IMG/VR virus record: IMGVR_UViG_3300020477_000020
Origin: an uncultured virus (IMG/VR IMGVR_UViG_3300020477_000020)
Taxonomy: Duplodnaviria > Heunggongvirae > Uroviricota > Caudoviricetes
Direction: 5' to 3' (one strand)
DNA length: 64,000 bases
Below are positions 57,107 through 64,000 of the stretch, one piece after another; position 1 is the first letter of the stretch; each line of letters starts with the position of its first letter. The notes below the pieces were generated by a model, which was given only the letters and a program-made list of their open reading frames with translations, was not told where the DNA came from and did no database searches. Position numbers and translations under genes: made by a program.

Positions 57107-57782
57107 TTACTACATCCTTCAGGTTTGCCTCTATGTGTTGACTAATTTCATCATATGTCATTCCAAGGTAAACTCTCAACAATACTCTAGGTTCATCAAA
57201 GTATGTAACTGAATGCAATTCGTCTGTATTCAATATTACAATATCATTATGATATGATACCTCTGTTTCATAAACTAAATCGTGAACAAACCCTTCATAA
57301 CGATAATATTCAGCATTGCTTTCTTTACTATTATTCTCCTTAGCTAACGAATAAAAATACACAGGAGAATGCTTGTCACCAGCCAATGCTATATTTATAG
57401 AGGAATATACATAGGGTGAATCTCTATGTGGATCTAACGGCAAGTACGTGTTAAATATCCCCATCGACAATTCAGGTGGATCTAATTTCATTCCCTCCAA
57501 TATTGGATCTGCCACCTCATGCAATAACTCGTCACTGAATTTTTCTCGATCTACTCGTCTCCAATCAAAGTATGGTTTAACTTTTCTTTTCTCAAATCCT
57601 TCTTTACCACGAACAACATGTTCCTTACTATAATCAACGCCCGTCACACAATCAGGCTGTCTTGATTCTCTCACCGTATAATCATCATCTGTAAAACTAT
57701 TTAAAACCTTTTCTCTCACACCTGGTGGTACCAAGTTACCATTCAGCTTTGTAAAATATTTATTATGTTCTAGTATCCTCAT
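57096..57782 (-). CDS. putative 2OG-Fe(II)/cupin oxygenase-like protein
   Basis: LDPHRD (HxD)...SSINIAL...LNTDELHSV....RVLL. Confidence 0.55.
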   Translation of the reverse strand: MRILEHNKYFTKLNGNLVPPGVREKVLNSFTDDDYTVRESRQPDCVTGVDYSKEHVVRGKEGFEKRKVKPYFDWRRVDREKFSDELLHEVADPILEGMKLDPPELSMGIFNTYLPLDPHRDSPYVYSSINIALAGDKHSPVYFYSLAKENNSKESNAEYYRYEGFVHDLVYETEVSYHNDIVILNTDELHSVTYFDEPRVLLRVYLGMTYDEISQHIEANLKDVVNAH

Positions 57783-58207
57783 TATCTCGTCCGTTCAATA
57801 AAAGCCTCAATGCTAACCTCCTCTAACAATCTTTTGATTAAGAAATTGACAGTGATGCTAGCACCATTACGATCTGGTTCAAAACTTATCTTAGAACCAA
57901 GAAACTCAACTCTTGGTTCATGGTTGTGCAATGTTGTTTTTATTTGCTCCTCTACTCTTATTTGTAGACCAGGATCAACATTTTCAAACAACAAGTCATT
58001 TAACCCCCCACCAATGGTTGGTTGGAAAGGTCTTTCTAAGGGATTTGTCAACAATAACATTTTTACCGATTGCTTAACTGAATCAGCATTGGTCTTTTTA
58101 GATACTTCACCAGTAACAGCATTTCGATCAAAATTTGAATTGATGTCAATATATACAGGTGTTTCTGTTGCCCTGCTTAATTCTGTTCTGATAGCTACTT
58201 TACTCAT
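57782..58207 (-). CDS. gp25: baseplate wedge subunit gp25
   Basis: SVKQSVKMLLLT...ERPFQP.IG..L..LLFE, HEPRV, IERTR. Confidence 0.92.
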   Translation of the reverse strand: MSKVAIRTELSRATETPVYIDINSNFDRNAVTGEVSKKTNADSVKQSVKMLLLTNPLERPFQPTIGGGLNDLLFENVDPGLQIRVEEQIKTTLHNHEPRVEFLGSKISFEPDRNGASITVNFLIKRLLEEVSIEAFIERTR

Positions 58208-59721
58208 GAGCCAACTTTAAACCCTTGTCCAGCATTAAATCTTATTGGAAGACCAAATTTCTTCATGTTTGCATTAAACTCTTCTGGAGTTGTTTCTGGC
58301 TGATCCTCAAAAGCAGGGCCTCCTTCAGGCTCATCACCAGAGAACTCACTAGTTGGGTCGTCTCCTGCAGGGAACGAACCTAACTTCTGACCCTCGGTCA
58401 ATGGATGACCAAGACGACTAAAGAAGGCCTCTATAGGTGCATTAAGTGCTTTTGTTTTACCAGCTAGATCTTTCTCCAATGCTTCCATCTGTGAACTATT
58501 TATACTCAAACCTGTAACTGGATCTTTAACGATTTTTCTACTTTCACCAGCTGGTGCCTCTGGTGCAGGAGGTGCTTTAACTATAGATCCCAATGTTTTA
58601 AATACATCCTGCATGGCATTAGTTCCATCTGCTAACAACTGTCGACCAGCACCAGAAGCCTCCTTCATTTTAGCCAATGCTGCCTTTCTACCTTTTTCAT
58701 GAGCAGCATTGAATTCTTCCATAGTAGTAAATCCTGAGGCTGCCAATGCAGGTCCCGAGTCACTATCTGCATCTTCCACTGTTTCAAAAACGACATTTTC
58801 ACCAGTAGCTTCATCAAACTTAACTTCTGTTGATACTGGCAACTGGAATTTAGAAAACACTTGTCTTCCAGTACCAATCAAAGCACCTGTTAATTTTAGG
58901 AAAGGATTCTTTGTTACTGGAACAGGATCTGTTGGAATATAATCAGGTATTGCTGACTCATCTGCCTCATCAACAACAGGAGCCGTAGCTGGTTTACCTT
59001 CTAACGTAGCAATTGTCTCAACACCTATTTCAGCACCATCTTCATCAAATATTTTTCGTTCTTCAAGTTTAAAATTAGGAATCATCTTTCCAGGATCAAA
59101 TCCTGACGGAGCTCCTATACCTATGTCCAATTCTTCACCACCACCAAACGGTAACGATGGGACTTTTCCTTTCAGTGCTCCGAGCGCCTTATCAGCAAGA
59201 CCAGCAATACCTGCATCTAAGCCGCCTATACTAGGTGTTGGCAGGGCGGCACCTACATCAGCTGCAATCTTACCAACATCGGGTACCTCCACACCAGGAG
59301 GAAATTTAGCCCCTGATAGCTTACTCGTAAGCCCAGCAACATCAGTTGAAACGCCTGTCAAAATCTTACCCATTTCTTCCTGCAAACTGATTTTGGGTAT
59401 CTCTAACTTCTTAGCTTTTTCTAACATACCAGAAACAGAACCTTCAATTGCTGAAGCTGCCCCATCAAGTTTTGTAGCTAAATCTGCTGGGCTTAAATCA
59501 GCAAAGGAAGTGTTACCTATATCACCAGCTTTTTCTTGTAGCTTTGCTTTGATATCTAACAGAGTTGCATCTTGACCTGACTCAGCTAATTTAGTTTGGA
59601 AATCAGCAAACGCTGCTGCAGGATCAGGACCTCCTCCTAATCCAGGTACCTTAGGAAGTGATGGTATCGATGGTATAGTTGGTGTGTTTGGAATATTCGG
59701 AATGTCTGGAATGTCAACCAT
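58204..59721 (-). CDS. hypothetical Pro/Gly/Ala-rich protein (505 aa)
   Basis: Long ORF between PAAR and gp25; N-terminal (IPx)n repeat. Confidence 0.7.
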   Translation of the reverse strand: MVDIPDIPNIPNTPTIPSIPSLPKVPGLGGGPDPAAAFADFQTKLAESGQDATLLDIKAKLQEKAGDIGNTSFADLSPADLATKLDGAASAIEGSVSGMLEKAKKLEIPKISLQEEMGKILTGVSTDVAGLTSKLSGAKFPPGVEVPDVGKIAADVGAALPTPSIGGLDAGIAGLADKALGALKGKVPSLPFGGGEELDIGIGAPSGFDPGKMIPNFKLEERKIFDEDGAEIGVETIATLEGKPATAPVVDEADESAIPDYIPTDPVPVTKNPFLKLTGALIGTGRQVFSKFQLPVSTEVKFDEATGENVVFETVEDADSDSGPALAASGFTTMEEFNAAHEKGRKAALAKMKEASGAGRQLLADGTNAMQDVFKTLGSIVKAPPAPEAPAGESRKIVKDPVTGLSINSSQMEALEKDLAGKTKALNAPIEAFFSRLGHPLTEGQKLGSFPAGDDPTSEFSGDEPEGGPAFEDQPETTPEEFNANMKKFGLPIRFNAGQGFKVGS

Positions 59722-59727
59722 CTCTTA

Positions 59728-60021
59728 TCAATCTCCTATAAAGATGTTTGGTGAACCACCTGCGGTTGCTGGAGCACAATGTGTACCTCCTGCAGACGGA
59801 CATAAACCATCTGCTGCAGCACTATCTGCAGAATTGTTCACACAAAGTTTACCACTTGCAAAAACATTTTTGCTTCCTGCTATCAAATTACCAGCACCAT
59901 GTGTATTAGGATCACCGTTTACTGATTGTAGCACTCCGTTCATAAAAACAGTAGATTGACCACTAACAATTGTTGTAGCACCACATACTCTTGCATCTCC
60001 ATGTCTGTGTGTTGCTGGCAT
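59728..60021 (-). CDS. PAAR-domain spike tip protein (gp5.4-like)
   Basis: MPATHRHGD, STVFMNG, GDPNTHG, GSPNIFIGD. Confidence 0.88.
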   Translation of the reverse strand: MPATHRHGDARVCGATTIVSGQSTVFMNGVLQSVNGDPNTHGAGNLIAGSKNVFASGKLCVNNSADSAAADGLCPSAGGTHCAPATAGGSPNIFIGD

Positions 60022-60030
60022 TCAAGTCTC

Positions 60031-61644
60031 CTACGGGTTCAAGTCAATTCTAGTTGACTCAATAACAGTATTGGCCGGCTTAGTATTTGTACCAACAAGA
60101 AACTTAGCTGCTGTATCCATTTCAATATCACTTGTTGCATCGACATCAACATGATCACCAGCTGTTATTTCAGTATTGGCACCTGAGTCCATATCCACCT
60201 TAGCTGATGCGTCAAGATTAAAGTTAGCTGACGTTTCAATGTTTGTATTGGACAATGTACTGATGTTTAATCGACCTGTATTTGCATTTTGTCTAAGACC
60301 ACCACCATCAAAACATAAAGCATCTTCACCAACAAGATTATTTGATCCTACTGTAATATTACAGTTAGCACCAGTAAACAATGTTAATGAACCTCTGATA
60401 ATATCTCTTTTCCAGGCATTTGTGTTTATGAATACGTTTGCACTATGAGTTGTGTTTGATGTACCAACAATCTTCTCTTCGTTTGTACCCTCAATAGTCT
60501 TTTGGTTATTCTTTGTTATTCTCTTTCGTTCGTTACCATTGATCTGTGTTGCCTTATCAGTCATCACAACCTTTTGTTCATTACCTTGAATCTTTGTAAT
60601 CATATCACCATGAACATTAATGTGATAGTCACCAGCAACCTCATCATACCTATTGCCTTGTACATAAACTCTTGCATCACCTTGTACAGTAAGATTCATA
60701 TGACCTTTAACAAGAACATGCTTACCCTTCATTATTATTTCATATTCATCACCAACAACCTTTGTTGTCTTTGATCCACTAGGATGTATTTCACAAAACG
60801 AACCAGATGTATGATACTCATGTATTCTTTCACCTTCAGGTGTATCATCAAACTCCTTAACGTGACCTGATTCAGTTGTGTACGTATGATTAAATGGATA
60901 CTTTGAAGAGTTAGGATATTGAGTTGGTGCTTGACCATTCTTATTTTTCTTCAGCTCCCAAGGTTGTTGTGTGTTATCATAATCCAAGGGATCAGAGTTC
61001 TCTTCTGCAGTTGATCCTCCACCTTGTCCACCATAACGTGGTACAGGCTCATTCCAACGATGTCTAAAGTAGAATGAGCCTTTAGGTCCAGCGTTGATAG
61101 TATCATTTTTGGGTTCTGCTGGTCCTTCTAAATCTCTTACAGAAGGTACCTGAGGAGGAACTGCAACAGGAACCTCTGTTATCCTATCCCTCGTTTTGAT
61201 TGCTAATGACTCTTCACCATAAGCTGTATCACCACGAGCTAGTTTATTGACACCACTTTGATTCATATATTTTTCTTTTGGATATACACCAAGAGGATCT
61301 TGAAACCCTATTCCGTTTGCTTCTTTTTCTGTAGGAGCACCATACATTGTACCAATAATAAATGGCTGTTGCATTTCTTGACCATCAGCAAAGAAACCAA
61401 AACACCACGTTCCTTCAACAGGTCCAGTTGGACTATGACCAATACCACTTTGTGAACCGCTGTTCATAGGCATTAGTGGAGTAGCCCATGGTAATGTATT
61501 TACTGGGATTTGAGATAGATCATCGTTGTGTACTCCAAAAGCACGCACACGCAACCTACCAAGATTCAATGGATCATTTCTATCTTCTACAACTCCAATA
61601 AAGAATTGTACAGACTTTAGAAACTCACCTGCATAATTAGCCAT
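60031..61644 (-). CDS. gp5: baseplate hub / central spike gp5 (no lysozyme domain evident)
   Basis: FFIGVVEDRNDPLNLGRLRVR, LPWA, GPVEGTWCFGFFADG, YPFNH.YTTESGH.KEFDDTP, C-terminal beta-helix repeats. Confidence 0.92.
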   Translation of the reverse strand: MANYAGEFLKSVQFFIGVVEDRNDPLNLGRLRVRAFGVHNDDLSQIPVNTLPWATPLMPMNSGSQSGIGHSPTGPVEGTWCFGFFADGQEMQQPFIIGTMYGAPTEKEANGIGFQDPLGVYPKEKYMNQSGVNKLARGDTAYGEESLAIKTRDRITEVPVAVPPQVPSVRDLEGPAEPKNDTINAGPKGSFYFRHRWNEPVPRYGGQGGGSTAEENSDPLDYDNTQQPWELKKNKNGQAPTQYPNSSKYPFNHTYTTESGHVKEFDDTPEGERIHEYHTSGSFCEIHPSGSKTTKVVGDEYEIIMKGKHVLVKGHMNLTVQGDARVYVQGNRYDEVAGDYHINVHGDMITKIQGNEQKVVMTDKATQINGNERKRITKNNQKTIEGTNEEKIVGTSNTTHSANVFINTNAWKRDIIRGSLTLFTGANCNITVGSNNLVGEDALCFDGGGLRQNANTGRLNISTLSNTNIETSANFNLDASAKVDMDSGANTEITAGDHVDVDATSDIEMDTAAKFLVGTNTKPANTVIESTRIDLNP

Positions 61645-62971
61645 TAGGAAAACCCTCCGTTGAAACAGTCTTATCTTTTATAAGGCTCAAAGATGTTTGA
61701 TGATTTTCGGTATCAAAACTATTAATAACATCCGAAACCAACCAGTTGCCTGAAAATTTTGTTGGTTCTATACGTTCTATTCCCGATGTACCAGCCATTT
61801 CTGGTATACTAAAATCAACAACTTGGCCAGGCATTAAATCTGTATCACCCAATATAGTTATAGAGCATGTCATGCTAGTTAGTTGTTGTGTGTATCCCAT
61901 TCTGTGGCCTTGTATGTACTCAAAGAATTGATTATATCTTGAGTTGTCCTTCAACAACAATGTTTCATAATTATCATTTGTTTGAAATATCTTTTGCCAC
62001 TCTTTATCAACTAGAAATGTTTCACCTAGTGTGGCTGCTCTATCTTCAGTACGATAATTATAATGTATATCAGTAAAGTTTTGATTAATTAAATTTATAG
62101 TTCGAACTTTGTTTTTAAATGCTCCAGATGCAGTGCGTTCTAATGTATCTGCAAGATTAACGCCTCCTATGTTTTCTACCTTTCTTAAAGGATCAACAGG
62201 ATCAGTCATATCTTCAGTAGGTTTATACGAAAACACTAAACCATTTTCTTTTACCTTACTAATACCCTCTTTAATTAGTCTCTCTATATTATGAAAACAA
62301 TACCCATCAAAGGTTTCATAATACAAGAACAAATTCATTGGTGTACCCTTACCTAAAGCTCTCCTTGCACAAAACTCAATGGCATCGTCTGGTTGTAATC
62401 CTGGAATAATAAAATCTTGCATACCATCTGTTGGATGTACATCAAAAGGTCTTACATTAAAGCTAACAAATGGAGAATATACTTTATCACCAAAGTAGTT
62501 TTTATAAACACCATTACTAACAATATCATTTAAATATATTGAGGCTGCAGTTTGACCATACTCCAAATTTGTGAATGCTCTGTTAACACTTCCAATTGTA
62601 CTAATTAAAGACTCTTTTGTTACACAATGCATTGTTAACAAGGATGTTTGGTTTTGTTGAGAAAAATCTATACCATCAATATGATGTACAAACATCTCAA
62701 GTCTTACTTCTTTCTTCTCCGGAGTCTTAAAATGAAGAATAAGAAACTCTTGCCCTTGTATACCTATTTTGTTATATCTTGTTAACGTACCCTCTGACTC
62801 AGTAAACTCCACCGTTGCTGTTATATGATTGCTATTCAAACTTTGTATAACAGATAACGAAGGATTGTATTTTAGAAGATCAAATTCTTGCGTTTTCAAT
62901 CCTTTTTCATCAAGGACAAATAAAACACAAGCAAGTATCTCTGGTTTACCAAGTCCGGGTTGACTAGCCAT
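61637..62971 (-). CDS. putative baseplate hub protein (gp27-like)
   Basis: Between gp53 and gp5; FLYYETFDGY, ILGDTDLMPGQVV, FSGNWLV. Confidence 0.65.
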   Translation of the reverse strand: MASQPGLGKPEILACVLFVLDEKGLKTQEFDLLKYNPSLSVIQSLNSNHITATVEFTESEGTLTRYNKIGIQGQEFLILHFKTPEKKEVRLEMFVHHIDGIDFSQQNQTSLLTMHCVTKESLISTIGSVNRAFTNLEYGQTAASIYLNDIVSNGVYKNYFGDKVYSPFVSFNVRPFDVHPTDGMQDFIIPGLQPDDAIEFCARRALGKGTPMNLFLYYETFDGYCFHNIERLIKEGISKVKENGLVFSYKPTEDMTDPVDPLRKVENIGGVNLADTLERTASGAFKNKVRTINLINQNFTDIHYNYRTEDRAATLGETFLVDKEWQKIFQTNDNYETLLLKDNSRYNQFFEYIQGHRMGYTQQLTSMTCSITILGDTDLMPGQVVDFSIPEMAGTSGIERIEPTKFSGNWLVSDVINSFDTENHQTSLSLIKDKTVSTEGFPNG

Positions 62972-63494
62972 CTGTCTTAAATAATCTCTTTAAATCTGCC
63001 ATAATAATAGGAAGGTATTGTGAATCGATTAATTTTATAAATCTTCTGTTTTCATTAATACGATCATAATGATTATAGGCATATACTGGTTGATAGTCAC
63101 TAGCAAGAATATATTTTGCACTAGTAGAATATGTAAACGTATCTTCTGATATAGTAAGGTCTTTTGTCTTGTGTTCATAATGTAGAACAGTAGCTTGAGC
63201 TGTTGGAACGCTCCCATACTTCTTTGTCATCCATCTATCAAACTCTCTTTGTGACAAAGGCCACTCGTAGTATGGATCAATAGAAACATTTGGTAACAAC
63301 ACTACCCAAGCTAGTCTTGGATCGTCATAATATAGCTCTGCAATAACGTCAGGCCTAGTGTGTTCTGATTGGATAACAAAGTCGTTCAATGCAAAATTAA
63401 CATCAAATGTAAAGCTAGTTAGCTTAATACCTCTTATAATATCAGTAATGTCAACATTTTTGAAGTTTGTTTTTGGTAGTTTATTAAAAAGCAT
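62964..63494 (-). CDS. gp53: baseplate wedge subunit gp53
   Basis: RPDVIAELYYDDP.LAWVVLL.N..DPYYEWPLS, NENRRFIKLI. Confidence 0.9.
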   Translation of the reverse strand: MLFNKLPKTNFKNVDITDIIRGIKLTSFTFDVNFALNDFVIQSEHTRPDVIAELYYDDPRLAWVVLLPNVSIDPYYEWPLSQREFDRWMTKKYGSVPTAQATVLHYEHKTKDLTISEDTFTYSTSAKYILASDYQPVYAYNHYDRINENRRFIKLIDSQYLPIIMADLKRLFKTDG

Positions 63495-64000
63495 TAGAAT
63501 GGTCCTACTTGCACGGCGCCTACAGGTAGTGTTCCTCCACCCTTACTTGGATCATAATCATCACCTCTCCAAAAATCAATCTCTTTAAAACTAAGAGTGA
63601 GATCTCGACCTAATGGTTGACCATCTCTGTAAAATTGCACACCTTCTGACGTATGATTTATTGCAACTGATGTCACATGACAAGGTTTAAACAATATTGT
63701 ATTCATTGCAGCACCAGTTGACATCGAACCTGTAAGCAATGCTAAATGAGCCTCATGAGGATAGTTTAATGTTAAACCACCGGTTGTCTTATTTCGTATT
63801 GGTAATGACCTTTGTCTAATAATGTTTGTTAGTTTATTAATTTGGTAAGCCTCTTGCTCGTTGTTTGGAATTAATTTAAACGTAAAGCTAAAGTCTCTAA
63901 GATTAACTCCTCTGAATATTGCTGTAATATGAGGATTAGGAGCTTGACCCAATGCATTACCAATAACCGCTGCAATGTCTCCACCTCCACCTACTGCTGC
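63494..64000 (-). CDS. baseplate tail-tube cap gp48-like (5'-truncated)
   Basis: NPH...FRGVNLRDFSFTFKLIP.NEQEA, YP, LTLSFKEI; frame open to the window edge. Confidence 0.75.
   Translation of the reverse strand, partial: AAVGGGGDIAAVIGNALGQAPNPHITAIFRGVNLRDFSFTFKLIPNNEQEAYQINKLTNIIRQRSLPIRNKTTGGLTLNYPHEAHLALLTGSMSTGAAMNTILFKPCHVTSVAINHTSEGVQFYRDGQPLGRDLTLSFKEIDFWRGDDYDPSKGGGTLPVGAVQVGPF

Noticed and set aside
60031..61644. Absence of a lysozyme domain in gp5 as a novelty
   Set aside because: This is common among non-enteric T4-like phages
1..64000. tRNA/rRNA genes, integrase or IS elements
   Set aside because: Intergenic gaps are short and explained by promoters, a terminator or micro-ORFs; no cloverleaf or transposase motifs were recognised by eye

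Overview
A 64-kb segment of a T4-like (Tevenvirinae/Kyanoviridae-type gene order) myophage genome, almost entirely on the minus strand. In transcription order (right to left) it carries the baseplate genes (gp48-like partial, gp53, hub, gp5, PAAR gp5.4, gp25, gp6, gp7, gp8), a 2310-aa VrlC/DUF4815-like protein and short fibre-type genes. These are followed by a 3100-aa aromatic tetrapeptide-repeat protein with adjacent glycosyltransferase, oxygenase-like and methyltransferase-like genes (partly an inverted plus-strand island). Next come neck (gp13/14/15), terminase (gp16/17), tail sheath and tube (gp18/19), portal, prohead and capsid genes (gp20-23), gp3, uvsY, uvsW, gp55, gp47 and gp46. The left end is an accessory block: cytidylyltransferase, carbamoyltransferase, peptide deformylase, QueE, 2OG-Fe(II) oxygenase and QueD. 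T4 late promoters (TATAAATA/CTAAATA), two sigma70-type promoters and a C(UUCG)G terminator are visible. Three observations stand out. (i) The giant repeat protein looks like a gp38-type glycine-rich adhesin expanded by about 2,700 aa of 4-residue aromatic repeats and sits next to a putative tailoring-enzyme cassette. (ii) An identically spaced LE-x5-G-x-I-[LI]-[TL]-E-[DE] motif is shared by three unrelated virion proteins. (iii) An unannotated 34-aa metallothionein-like ORF lies in the neck operon. All calls come from motif reading and synteny; no database searches were run.
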